This document shows positions 27,458 through 36,519 of a DNA stretch of 64,000 nt, piece after piece; positions within the stretch are counted from its first letter, which is position 1; every line of letters begins with the position of its first letter. Location: positions 968,944-1,032,943 of the forward strand of contig CAVUFD010000002.1 in the NCBI GenBank assembly GCA_963740825.1. Direction: 5' to 3'. Below the pieces are notes generated by a model, which saw only the letters and a list, made by a program, of their open reading frames with translations, was not told the DNA's origin and made no database searches. Made by a program: the position numbers and the translations under genes. The DNA comes from an uncultured Chloroflexia bacterium (GTDB taxonomy: Bacteria; Chloroflexota; Limnocylindria; Limnocylindrales; CSP1-4).

Positions 27458-28978
27458 GTGACGAACAGGGAACCCCGCTCACCGTTCGTGGCGGCGGCCC
27501 TGTCCCTCCTGTTCCCGGGCCTCGGGCAGTACGCGGCTGGTGCCCGCCGCCGCGGTGTCCTCATCGCCATCCCGGCGCTCGTCGTCCTGACGGCCATCAT
27601 CGGCTTCGGGATCGGAACCGTGCTGGGCGGAGGACCGCAGGCCGTGCTCGGCGTCCTTCTCAGTCCGCAGGTGCTGGTGGCGGTCGTCGCCGCCGACCTG
27701 CTGTGGCTTGCGTACCACGCGTTCGCGATCTTCGACGCCTGGCTCGTCGCACGCCAGGCGCGCCTCGATGTCGGCCGTCAGACCGGTCGCCTGGCGATCG
27801 TCGGCCTGCTCACGGTCCTCGCGGTGGCCACCTTCGGGCACGGCTCGGTCGCCGCGCTGGGGATGGAGACCGAGGACACCCTCACGGCCGTGTTCCGGGG
27901 CGACGACCCGAACGCCGACCCCAACGGCGACTGGGCCATCCCGGAGGCGAGCTTCGAGCCGGACGAGGAGGACTCGCCGACGCCACCTTCGCCCGGAACA
28001 CCGGCGCCCGTCATCGCCGGCGTGCCGCCGAGCCTGATCCCGACGCTGCCGCCGACGCCCTCGCCCCCGCCCGTCCCGGACTGGGCTCGCGACGGCCGAT
28101 TGAACATCCTGCTGGTGGGGTCCGACGCCGGCACGGGGCGCTGGCTGCTGCGGACGGACACGATGGTGCTGCTGAGCGTCGACATCGCGTCCGGGCAGGC
28201 GGCGATGTTCGGGATCCCGCGCAACCTCATCAACGTCCCGCTCGCCGGCGAGGACGCGAAGGCCTTCCCCGACGGACGGTTCCCGGGGCTCCTGAACGCG
28301 CTCTACGTCTACGCATGGGACCACCCGTCGCAGTTCCCGGGCGGCGATGCCCGCGGGTTCCGGGCGGTGACGGGCGCGATCCAGGAGCTGGTCGGAGTGC
28401 CGCTCGACGGGTTCGTCGCGGTGGACCTCCAGGGCTTCGTCCGGCTGGTCAACTCGGTGAACGGGCTGTGGATCCGGATCCCCGAGCCGCTGTTCGACGA
28501 CCACTACCCCAAGGTCGACGGGTCGGGCTACATCTCGATCTCGTTCAAGTCGGGCTGCCAGAAGCTCTCGGGGTCCGAGGCGCTCTCCTACGCTCGGTCG
28601 AGGCACCAGGACTCGGACTACGGCCGGATGCGCCGTCAGCAGCTGACGCTGCTCGCGCTGCGGCGGCAGCTGGACCCGATCTCGCTCCTCGAGAAGGTGC
28701 CGGAGATGCTGTCCATCGCGAAGGACGACCTGTGGACGACGATCAAGCGCAAGGACCTGCCGGGGCTCGCCGAGCTCGCCGCCAGCGTGCAGGCGCGCGA
28801 CGTCGAGCGCATGTACTTCACGCCGCCCGAGTACCCCGAGTACCTGACGACGGCGGACATCAAGCACATCCACCAGACCGTGCGGCACGTGTTCGACGGC
28901 GGCGGCGGAGGGTCCGGCGGGAGCGGTGGCGGCAACAGTGACGGCCTGAACAACCAGAAGCCCTGCCCGGACAAGTGA
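27458..28978 (+). CDS. LCP (LytR-CpsA-Psr) family protein with N-terminal TM segments
   Basis: NILLVGSD, RTDTMVL, GIPRN, ALSYARSR, SDYGRMRRQQ. Confidence 0.92.
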   Translation: MTNREPRSPFVAAALSLLFPGLGQYAAGARRRGVLIAIPALVVLTAIIGFGIGTVLGGGPQAVLGVLLSPQVLVAVVAADLLWLAYHAFAIFDAWLVARQARLDVGRQTGRLAIVGLLTVLAVATFGHGSVAALGMETEDTLTAVFRGDDPNADPNGDWAIPEASFEPDEEDSPTPPSPGTPAPVIAGVPPSLIPTLPPTPSPPPVPDWARDGRLNILLVGSDAGTGRWLLRTDTMVLLSVDIASGQAAMFGIPRNLINVPLAGEDAKAFPDGRFPGLLNALYVYAWDHPSQFPGGDARGFRAVTGAIQELVGVPLDGFVAVDLQGFVRLVNSVNGLWIRIPEPLFDDHYPKVDGSGYISISFKSGCQKLSGSEALSYARSRHQDSDYGRMRRQQLTLLALRRQLDPISLLEKVPEMLSIAKDDLWTTIKRKDLPGLAELAASVQARDVERMYFTPPEYPEYLTTADIKHIHQTVRHVFDGGGGGSGGSGGGNSDGLNNQKPCPDK

Positions 28979-29145
28979 CGGCGCGCCTGTCCCCGGGTCG
29001 ACAGGCCCGCTGAGGCGCCGCGCCACCGTCTCGTCCGGCCTGACGAGGCTGCTGTCGCGAATACGCCGAATTGCTGAGGGACGGGATTCGACGGATCGCG
29101 GACGATGAGCGTCGGCTCGTCGTTTTCGGGGAACGTTGATCGACC

Positions 29146-29745
29146 ATGCCCGCCCGCACCCAGCCGCGCCTCCAGGCGTTTCCGGCCGAGGACCTCGCGT
29201 TCCGGCGGTTCATCGCCGAGGCGTTCGCCGAGCTCCTCGAGGAGGTCGGCACGCGCCCCAACGGCCGACCCGAGGCCGCCGATCTCCAGTGGCGGCTGCG
29301 TGTCCGCTACCCATCGGCCGTCGTCCGGGAGCGCGACCCGCTGGCCGATCCGGGCGGCGAGGGGCAGGTGTGGTACGTCTACCGCTTCGGGAGCGTCCGG
29401 CCCGGACGCCGCTGGTGGGAGGAGCCGGGGCACGCCTGGGCCATCCTCGACGCGGACCGGTGCTTCGTCGAGGTGTCGACGTCGCTGGCCGAGATCGTCG
29501 AGGCGCCGCGGACGGCGATCATCGGGCAGCCGGTCGTGGCGTTTGCGAACCCCGGCGACGCGTCGGTCGGCTCGGACTTCGACGGGCTATGGCACCAGCT
29601 CCTCAATGACGGCGAGCTCCACGCGACGCTCCGCTTCTCGCGCGCCGACGGCTCGCCCCGGGAGATCGAGTACCACGTGACCCGTGACGGGGCGGGTCCG
29701 GAGCGGCACCTGGCGGTCGTGCGGGAGATCGACCCCAGGTCCTGA
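29146..29745 (+). CDS. PAS-domain-containing protein
   Basis: C-terminal ILDADRCFVEVS...IIGQP...HLAVVREI. Confidence 0.65.
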   Translation: MPARTQPRLQAFPAEDLAFRRFIAEAFAELLEEVGTRPNGRPEAADLQWRLRVRYPSAVVRERDPLADPGGEGQVWYVYRFGSVRPGRRWWEEPGHAWAILDADRCFVEVSTSLAEIVEAPRTAIIGQPVVAFANPGDASVGSDFDGLWHQLLNDGELHATLRFSRADGSPREIEYHVTRDGAGPERHLAVVREIDPRS

Positions 29746-29758
29746 GGCCCGGCGCCGG

Positions 29759-30208
29759 TCAGCGCGGCGGGTCGCCCTCGAAGGCGCGCTTGGCCCCGCC
29801 GACCGCCGCGCGCACGCCCCAGCCGGCCGGGATCGCCATCACGGCCTCGTGGACCCACCCGAACGGGCCCCACAGGCGCGATCGGAGCTCGGCCACCTGG
29901 TGCACCCACGTGCCCGTGCCGCGCTGGTCGAACGTGATGACGAGGGCGTTCTCCATGCCGAACGCGTCCGAGACGTGCACCTGGCGGGTGGGGCGACGGT
30001 GCTCGACGATCTCCCACTGCTCGACCGTGGGGATGCCGGCGAGCCTGGTGCGCTCGCGATAGATGGTGCCGACGCGGGCCGGCCCGGAGACATAGAGGAT
30101 CTCGCTCACGAACGGCACCCAGAGCGGCGTGCCCTCGATGTCGTCGTAGAGCTTCCAGACCTCGTCACGCGAGGCACCGACCAGCGCCTCGGCCTCGACC
30201 CTTCGCAT
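29759..30208 (-). CDS. SRPBCC family protein
   Basis: ASRDEVWKLYDD...PLWVP. Confidence 0.75.
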   Translation of the reverse strand: MRRVEAEALVGASRDEVWKLYDDIEGTPLWVPFVSEILYVSGPARVGTIYRERTRLAGIPTVEQWEIVEHRRPTRQVHVSDAFGMENALVITFDQRGTGTWVHQVAELRSRLWGPFGWVHEAVMAIPAGWGVRAAVGGAKRAFEGDPPR

Positions 30209-30352
30209 CGCTGGCCAGTATCCCAGAGCCCGCGAGACCGGCGCGAACCCGGGCGTCGGGGGACCGTGCCTGACGGTGGTCGAGCCGCGCGCCGAACACC
30301 TCCATGACAAGGGCCTCGCGCCTGCCGTCGACCGGTCGACGGAGCGGCGATT

Positions 30353-30386
30353 CATGACAGGAACTGGCACCATCTGCCGATAGGAT
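30353..30386 (+). promoter_or_regulatory. Putative WYL-activator-dependent promoter
   Basis: CATGACA-N5-TGGCACC; TGGCAC-N10-TAGGAT. Confidence 0.6.
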
Positions 30387-30423
30387 TCGGGATGTAGACA
30401 GGTCGATGTGGACGAGGTGTTCC

Positions 30424-30618
30424 ATGCTCACGATGTCGCTCATCGCAGAGGCCATCCAGGCAGATCGCGAGCGCGAGTTCCGTAACCGGCGGCCGCGCGT
30501 TGCGGGCGTCCCGTCGGGGCTTCGGCATCCGCGCCTGGAGCTCGAGCGGTTCGCGAACCGACGTCAGCCCGCCGAGACCGCCGTGGCCGGCACACCGGCG
30601 CTCGCCGGCTCCCGGTAG
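30424..30618 (+). CDS. 64-aa small protein, candidate WYL target
   Basis: MLTMSLIAEAIQADREREFR; GAGGTG SD; overlaps 3' end of WYL gene convergently. Confidence 0.55.
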   Translation: MLTMSLIAEAIQADREREFRNRRPRVAGVPSGLRHPRLELERFANRRQPAETAVAGTPALAGSR

Positions 30619-31571
30619 CGGGCGACAGTCTCGGCCGCCAGCGCGGCGATCTCGGCCCGTAGCTCCGGTGGCTCGAGCACCTCGATCGCGCCGCCGAGCG
30701 CGAGCAGGCGGCCGGCAACCTCGCGGGGCCAGTCGAGGGTCACCCGGATCCGGCGCCACGAATCGGGCTCCGGATCCGGCTCCTCGACGGCCAACGCGAG
30801 CACCGGGGCATCGATGACGTCCTCGAGCCAGCGGGTCGATGTGCGGCGGACGCGAAGGGTCACGTCGATGCGCGGCTGGTCGCGCTCGTAGGCGGTGATC
30901 GATTCGGACCAGTACGTTGCGAGGTCGAAACCCGCGGGGCGGACCGCCTTCTCCGGCAGCGGCTCGACGCCGCGGGCACGCGAGACGCGGTAGGTCCGGA
31001 TCTGGCCGTCGTGGCCGCCGACGAGGTACCACACGCCGGCCTTGAGCACGAGGCCGAGCGGGTCCAGGGTCCGGGTGACGATCGTGTCCGAGCGCGCGTA
31101 GTCGAGCTCCAGGCGCTGGCCGTCCCAGACGCACTGCGCGATCGCTGCCAGGTGGGGCACGTCCTCGCCGGCCCGGAACCAGCCGGCGGCGTCGAGGTGG
31201 AAGCGCTCGAGCAGGCGGCTGGCGCGCCCGCGCAGCTCCGTCGGCAGCGCCGCGAGGACCTTGAGCCGCGCCGCCGCGACGACCGTGCCGAGCCCGAGCT
31301 CGGCGGCCGGCCCGGGCAGGCCCGACAGGAACAGCGCGTCGGCCTCCTCGGTGGTCATGCCGGTCAGCCGGGTGCGGTAGCCGTCGACGAGGCGGATGCC
31401 GCCGTGGGGGCCGCGTTCCGCGAAGATCGGGACCCCGGCGGCGCCCAGCGCCTCGACGTCGCGGTGGATCGTGCGGACGGAGACCTCGAGCTCGCGGGCG
31501 AGCTCCGACGCGGTCATCCCGCCGCGCGCCTGGAGCAGCAGTAGGAGCGAGACGAGCCTCGACGCGCGCAT
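30564..31571 (-). CDS. YafY-like HTH + WYL transcription regulator
   Basis: MRASRLVSLLLLL, ELEVSVRTIHRDVEAL, PLGLVLKAGVWYLV, YRVSR. Confidence 0.95.
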   Translation of the reverse strand: MRASRLVSLLLLLQARGGMTASELARELEVSVRTIHRDVEALGAAGVPIFAERGPHGGIRLVDGYRTRLTGMTTEEADALFLSGLPGPAAELGLGTVVAAARLKVLAALPTELRGRASRLLERFHLDAAGWFRAGEDVPHLAAIAQCVWDGQRLELDYARSDTIVTRTLDPLGLVLKAGVWYLVGGHDGQIRTYRVSRARGVEPLPEKAVRPAGFDLATYWSESITAYERDQPRIDVTLRVRRTSTRWLEDVIDAPVLALAVEEPDPEPDSWRRIRVTLDWPREVAGRLLALGGAIEVLEPPELRAEIAALAAETVARYREPASAGVPATAVSAG

Positions 31572-31577
31572 GGCCAG

Positions 31578-31608
31578 ATGCTAGCAAAAGGCGCCACTCG
31601 GTGTCAGG
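31578..31608 (-). promoter_or_regulatory. WYL gene leaderless promoter with second copy of the 19-bp site
   Basis: CCTGACA-N5-TGGCGCC (31608-31590), then TAGCAT-N6-ATG. Confidence 0.6.
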
Positions 31609-31683
31609 TATCCCGGCGAGAACCGACGAGGTCGTCGGCGGACCATCGCCGGGCCCTCACGGGATCGGGTCTACGATCTGCGG

Positions 31684-33726
31684 GTGATCTCCGAGGACGC
31701 TCCCCAACCGGCCGACCACGAGGTGCCCGATGCTCACGCCGACGAGCCGGCGCCGGTGCCGCCCGTCGCTGAGGCGATCGAGGAACGCGCCGGGTTTCTC
31801 GCCCTCGACCTCGATCCACGGCTGCTCCACACGCTCGCGGACCTGGGCTATGAGGAGCCGACGCCGATCCAGATGGCGGCGATCCCGCCGCTGCTCGGTG
31901 GCAAGGACCTCCTCGCGGAGGCGCCCACCGGCACGGGCAAGACCGCGGCGTTCGCCCTGCCCGTCCTCAACCGGCTGTCGATCCGGCTCGACGAGCTCCG
32001 CGCGCGCGGCGAAGCGGCCGACGGCCGCGGCGCGCCCCGCTCGGGCGAGAAGGGGAGCCGGCCGCGGTCGCTCGTGCTGACGCCGACACGCGAGCTCGCG
32101 ATGCAGGTCGCCGAGGCGATGCACCGCTACGGTCGCGAGCTTGGGGCGCGGGTCGTGCCCGTCTACGGCGGTCAGCCGATCACCGCCCAACTCCACCGCC
32201 TCGGCCGGGGGGTCGACGTCATCGTCGCGACGCCGGGCCGCGCGGTGGACCACCTGGAACGTGGGTCGATCCGCCTCGACGAGGTCGAGACCGTCGTGCT
32301 CGACGAGGCCGACGAGATGCTCGACATGGGATTCGCCGACGACCTCGAGCGGATCCTGGGCTCGCTGCCCGAGGTCCACCAGACGGCGCTGTTCTCCGCC
32401 ACGATCTCGGCGCCGATCGCGCGACTGGCCGGCCGGCACCTGCGACACCCGGTCCAGGTCAGGGTGCAGTCCGAGGCGGCCGCCGGTGAGGCCTCGCGGG
32501 TGCGCCAGGTCGCGTACGTCGTCCGCCGGGCCGACAAGCTCGCCGCCCTCGGCCGCATCCTGGACGTCGAGGACGGGACAGCGACGCTGGTGTTCGCGCG
32601 CACGCGCGGCGAGGTCGACGACCTGGCCGAGGCGCTCAGCGGGCGCGGCCGCGACGCCGCCGCCCTGCACGGCGGCCTGGCGCAGGAGCAGCGCGACCGG
32701 ATCATGGGCCGCTTCCGCGACGGCGCCCTCGACGTCCTCGTCGCCACCGACGTCGCCGCGAGAGGCCTCGACATCGAGCAGGTGACGCACGTCGTGAACT
32801 ACGACGTGCCCTCGTCGCCCGACGTCTACGTCCACCGCATCGGCCGGACCGGGCGCGCCGGCCGCGAGGGCGTCGCCATCACCCTGGTGGAGCCGCGCGA
32901 GCACCGGCTGCTCCGCGACATCGAGCGGACGATCGGCGCGCCGCTCGAGATCGTCGGGCTGCCGACGGTCGCCGACGTGCGCGAGAAGCGGCTGGAGATC
33001 CTGCGTGGCACGCTGCGGCAGACGCTCCTCGGGGACGGCTTCGACCGCTACCGCGCGGTCGTCGAGCCGCTGTCGGACGAGTTCGACCTGGTCGACATCG
33101 CCCTCGCCGCGATCAGCCTCGCCGACGAGGGGGCCCGGGGTGCCGAGGACACGGTCGAGCTCGCGCCCGCCACGCTGCCGCCGGCGTTCGGGGACCGCGG
33201 AGCCGCGAATCGAAGCGGGCCCAATCGCCGCCCGAAGCCGGCCGTCGCCCGGGGTGCCACCCCGTGGGAGGCGCCGGGTCGCCGGCCGCCACAGCGGCAT
33301 GGCGCCCCGCCGCCGTACGGGGCTCCGCCGGCCGGCGCGGGCGAGGCCGGCGACGGGCGTCCGCAACGCCTCCATCGCCCGGTTCCGCACGGGGCCTCAG
33401 CGCCCGTACGGGGCTACCGGGTGAGCGGCTGGCGCGACGCAGAGGGCCGCCCGGTCATGCGATCGCCGCGCGGTGCACCCGCCAGCCCCGACGTCACTCG
33501 GCTGTTCGTCGGGGCGGGCCGGGCAGCGGGCATGCGGCCCGGGGACCTGGTCGGGGCGATCGCCAACGAGGCGGGGCTCTCCGGCGGGGACATCGGGGCG
33601 ATCCAGATCGCCGATGGCTTCTCGCTCGTGGACGTGCCGGCCGATGCCGCGGACCACGTGATCAGCGCGCTGCGCGGTGCGACGATCCGGGGCCAGAAGG
33701 TGAACGTCCGGCGCGAGCGCTACTGA
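31684..33726 (+). CDS. deaD: DEAD-box RNA helicase DeaD/CsdA with DbpA RNA-binding domain
   Basis: APTGTGKT, PTRELA, DEAD, SAT, HRIGRTGR; C-terminal LFVGAGR...GDLVGAIANE. Confidence 0.9.
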   Translation: MISEDAPQPADHEVPDAHADEPAPVPPVAEAIEERAGFLALDLDPRLLHTLADLGYEEPTPIQMAAIPPLLGGKDLLAEAPTGTGKTAAFALPVLNRLSIRLDELRARGEAADGRGAPRSGEKGSRPRSLVLTPTRELAMQVAEAMHRYGRELGARVVPVYGGQPITAQLHRLGRGVDVIVATPGRAVDHLERGSIRLDEVETVVLDEADEMLDMGFADDLERILGSLPEVHQTALFSATISAPIARLAGRHLRHPVQVRVQSEAAAGEASRVRQVAYVVRRADKLAALGRILDVEDGTATLVFARTRGEVDDLAEALSGRGRDAAALHGGLAQEQRDRIMGRFRDGALDVLVATDVAARGLDIEQVTHVVNYDVPSSPDVYVHRIGRTGRAGREGVAITLVEPREHRLLRDIERTIGAPLEIVGLPTVADVREKRLEILRGTLRQTLLGDGFDRYRAVVEPLSDEFDLVDIALAAISLADEGARGAEDTVELAPATLPPAFGDRGAANRSGPNRRPKPAVARGATPWEAPGRRPPQRHGAPPPYGAPPAGAGEAGDGRPQRLHRPVPHGASAPVRGYRVSGWRDAEGRPVMRSPRGAPASPDVTRLFVGAGRAAGMRPGDLVGAIANEAGLSGGDIGAIQIADGFSLVDVPADAADHVISALRGATIRGQKVNVRRERY

Positions 33727-33732
33727 GCGGCC

Positions 33733-34578
33733 CTACGTCGACCCTGTGCTCTGGTCGCGCAGGTAGCGCTCGATCTCGGTGATCAGGTCGTCGCCGGCGG
33801 GCAGCCGCGACTCGTCGACCATCGACTCCAGGCGCTCGACGTACTGGCGCGTGGTGTCGTCGGCGGCGGTCGCGGCGTCCAGGCGGATGCGCAGCTGACG
33901 CGCCTCGTCGGCGAGGTCGCCGCGGGGCAGCTCCACGTCGAGATGGCGCTCGATCGCGCGCATCAGCTCCACCGACGCCAGCGCGTACGGGCCCTGGACG
34001 TAGTGGGGGATCTGGGCGAAGTAGCCGACGGCCGGGATGCCCGCGTCCGAGACCGCCATCTCGAGCATCGACAGGGCGGCCGACGGCACGCGCAGGATGC
34101 CCGTCGGGCCGGCGGTGACGCCGCCACGCAGCAGGCCGGCCTCGGATTCCGTGCCCAGGATCGGCACCGGACGCGTGTGCGGCACCGCGGCGGGGATGGC
34201 GCCGAGGCTGATCCAGCCGCGCGCGCCGAGGCCCTGGAGGATCGTGACCACCGAGTCGGCGAGCAGGTGCCACCGGTCGTCCGGCTCGCTGCCGGTCAGC
34301 ACGAGCAGGTCGAGACCGCTGAACCGGGCGAGGCGGAGCGACACCTCGGGCCAGGCGAGCGACGTGAGGCGGCCGTCGCGGATCTCGAGGGTGGGGCGGC
34401 GCGACCGATAGTCGAACAGCTGGTCGGGGTCGAAGGTGGCGATCGGCTCGCCCTCGTCGCCGAGTATCGACAGCACGCTGGTCGCCGCCGTGCCCGCGTC
34501 GACCCAGCCGTCGAAGGCCGCCAGCACGATCGGATCGACGATCGCCGGCTGCGGCTCGGTGAGGTGGTAGAGCGCCAT
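33733..34578 (-). CDS. PAC2 family protein (proteasome-assembly-chaperone-like)
   Basis: AAFDGWVDAG, LFDYRSRRP, VPHTRP, AQIPHY. Confidence 0.9.
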   Translation of the reverse strand: MALYHLTEPQPAIVDPIVLAAFDGWVDAGTAATSVLSILGDEGEPIATFDPDQLFDYRSRRPTLEIRDGRLTSLAWPEVSLRLARFSGLDLLVLTGSEPDDRWHLLADSVVTILQGLGARGWISLGAIPAAVPHTRPVPILGTESEAGLLRGGVTAGPTGILRVPSAALSMLEMAVSDAGIPAVGYFAQIPHYVQGPYALASVELMRAIERHLDVELPRGDLADEARQLRIRLDAATAADDTTRQYVERLESMVDESRLPAGDDLITEIERYLRDQSTGST

Positions 34579-34679
34579 GGGCGAAGGATAACGGGGGCCG
34601 GTCGGCCCTCGACCGGGCACGGGATCGGGTGCATCCTGAGCGGGTGTCGGGGGTGTCCTCCGAGCTATGGGGTGTGCCG

Positions 34680-35177
34680 ATGTTTGGAACGATCCTGAAG
34701 GCGGTCAGCGTGGTGCTGGCGGCCTGGTTCACGTTCATGATCGCGGCCGCGATCTACGCCGCGACGAAGCGGCGCGACGTCGTGCCCGCGGATCCCGCGG
34801 CCGACGAGGTGGACCTCGTGGCGAGCTTCGGCCCGCTCGAGTTCCGCAGCGAGTCCGGCGCGTTCCGTGGCGGCTCGGTGACGACGATGTTCGGTGGCGG
34901 CGAGGTCGACCTGCGGGATGCGACCCTCGATCCGGCCGGTGCGACCCTCCACGTCAGCACCCTGTTCGGCGGCGGCAGCCTCGTGGTGCCGGAGACCTGG
35001 AACATCGAGACGAGCCTGAGCGGCATCGGCGGCGTGGGCGACATGCGGCCGAAGGTCGAGCGGTCCCCGGACGCGCCGACGCTGCGCGTCGAGGGCACCA
35101 ACTGGTTCGGCGGCTGGGGGATCACCTCGACGCCGCCGCGCGAGGAAGACGAGCTGCCGGAGCCGGTCACCGTCTGA
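34680..35177 (+). CDS. LiaF/DUF2154-like membrane-anchored protein
   Basis: N-terminal TM; FRGG...MFGGGEVDLRDA...LFGG...VP. Confidence 0.7.
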   Translation: MFGTILKAVSVVLAAWFTFMIAAAIYAATKRRDVVPADPAADEVDLVASFGPLEFRSESGAFRGGSVTTMFGGGEVDLRDATLDPAGATLHVSTLFGGGSLVVPETWNIETSLSGIGGVGDMRPKVERSPDAPTLRVEGTNWFGGWGITSTPPREEDELPEPVTV

Positions 35178-35236
35178 CCACCCTCGGGGAACAGGCGCGC
35201 CGCGAGCCGGACGACCGCCGGCCGGCGCCCTGATCC

Positions 35237-36517
35237 ATGCCGGGCAACGCGCCGACACGGATGGCGAGGCGTCGAGTACCTTCGGTCCCCGAACCGGAGG
35301 CCAAGCCCGTCACGATGATCCGGACGTCCCCGTTCCACGCCCGTACCTCGGCGCTCAACGAGACCGGCCTGTGGAGTCACTGGTCGGGGCACCTCGCCGC
35401 CGAGAAGTACGGCCTGTCGGACAAGTTCGAGTACTTCGCGGTGCGCAACGCGGCGGGGATCTTCGACACCTCGCCGCTGTTCAAGTACCGGTTCTCGGGC
35501 GCCGGCGCCGAGCGCTTCCTGGCCGGCGTGCTCGCCCGCGACCCGCGGACGCTCGCGCCCGGGCACGGCATGTACGCGATCTGGTGCGACGACCGCGGCT
35601 TCGTCGTCGAGGACGGCGTCCTGCTGCGCCACGCGAAGGACGAGTTCGTCCTGACCGCCGCCGAGCCCAACCTCGCCTACTTCCAGGACCTGGTGACGCG
35701 GCGCGACAAGGTGCACATCGAGGAGGTGTCCCAGGACTGGGCGGTGCTCAGCCTCCAGGGTCCGCGCGCCCGGCGCATCCTCGCCGGCGTCGAGCCCAGC
35801 GTCGAGGCGCTGCCGTACTTCGGGATCACCAGGGGCAAGGCCGGCGGATGCGAGGTCACGATCTCGAGGACCGGATACACGGGCGACCTGGGGTACGAAG
35901 TCTGGGTCAAGGCCGAGAATGCGCTGCCCGCGTGGGACGCGATCTGGGCGGCGACGCAGGGCCTGGGCGTGCTGCCGTTCGGCCTCCAGGCGCTGTACAT
36001 GACCCGGATCGAGGCGGGCTTGCTGCTGCTCGACGTCGACTTCGCGAACAGCCGGTTCGCCTGGACGGACGCCGACCGCGCGACGCCCCACGAGCTGGGT
36101 CTCGGCTGGATGCTCAAGGGCGTGGACACCGACGACCGCGCGTTCATCGGGCGCGACGCGATCCGGCGCGAGCTGGCCGGCAAGCCGTCGCGCTTCCGGA
36201 CCACCGGCATCGTCGTCGACTGGCGCGACTGGGACCGCATCCACGACGAGGCCGGCCTGATCCCGCCGAAGGACCACACGCCGGTCCAGGAGGAGATGTT
36301 CCTGTACGACGCCGACGGCGAGCAGGTGGGCTATGCGACGAGTTTCATGTACTCGCCGGTCCTCCAGCGGCACATCGGCATCGCCCGCGTGCCGGTCGAT
36401 GCGGCGAAGCCGGGCTCGCGCGTGTACCTCGAGGTCCCGGTGAGCCACCGCTACATCCACGTCGCCGCGGAGACGGCCCGGATGCCCCTCTACAACCCCG
36501 AGCGAAGGACGGCCTGA
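35237..36517 (+). CDS. Aminomethyltransferase (GcvT-like folate-binding) family protein; alternative start 35315
   Basis: AVRNAAGIFDTSPL, SRTGYTGDLGYE, RIEAG, YSPVL. Confidence 0.9.
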   Translation: MPGNAPTRMARRRVPSVPEPEAKPVTMIRTSPFHARTSALNETGLWSHWSGHLAAEKYGLSDKFEYFAVRNAAGIFDTSPLFKYRFSGAGAERFLAGVLARDPRTLAPGHGMYAIWCDDRGFVVEDGVLLRHAKDEFVLTAAEPNLAYFQDLVTRRDKVHIEEVSQDWAVLSLQGPRARRILAGVEPSVEALPYFGITRGKAGGCEVTISRTGYTGDLGYEVWVKAENALPAWDAIWAATQGLGVLPFGLQALYMTRIEAGLLLLDVDFANSRFAWTDADRATPHELGLGWMLKGVDTDDRAFIGRDAIRRELAGKPSRFRTTGIVVDWRDWDRIHDEAGLIPPKDHTPVQEEMFLYDADGEQVGYATSFMYSPVLQRHIGIARVPVDAAKPGSRVYLEVPVSHRYIHVAAETARMPLYNPERRTA

Positions 36518-36519
36518 CG

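Noticed and set aside
27479-29026. Long antisense ORFs (also 10428-13247, 41137-44079, 14422-16581, 24049-26286)
   Set aside because: Antisense or off-frame products of high-GC codon bias opposite clear genes; Arg/Pro/Ala-rich with no motifs
29078-29100. tmRNA 5' end (GGATTCGACGG)
   Set aside because: No GGGG acceptor-stem start at the required offset, and a tmRNA would overlap the PAS gene
1-33726. Two DEAD-box helicases as a special system
   Set aside because: RhlE-like and DeaD-like paralogs are common and lie 31 kb apart
35371-36519. 925-aa oxidoreductase starting at 35371
   Set aside because: The upstream part is an off-frame overlap of the GcvT-like gene; the Rossmann motif fixes the start at 36520
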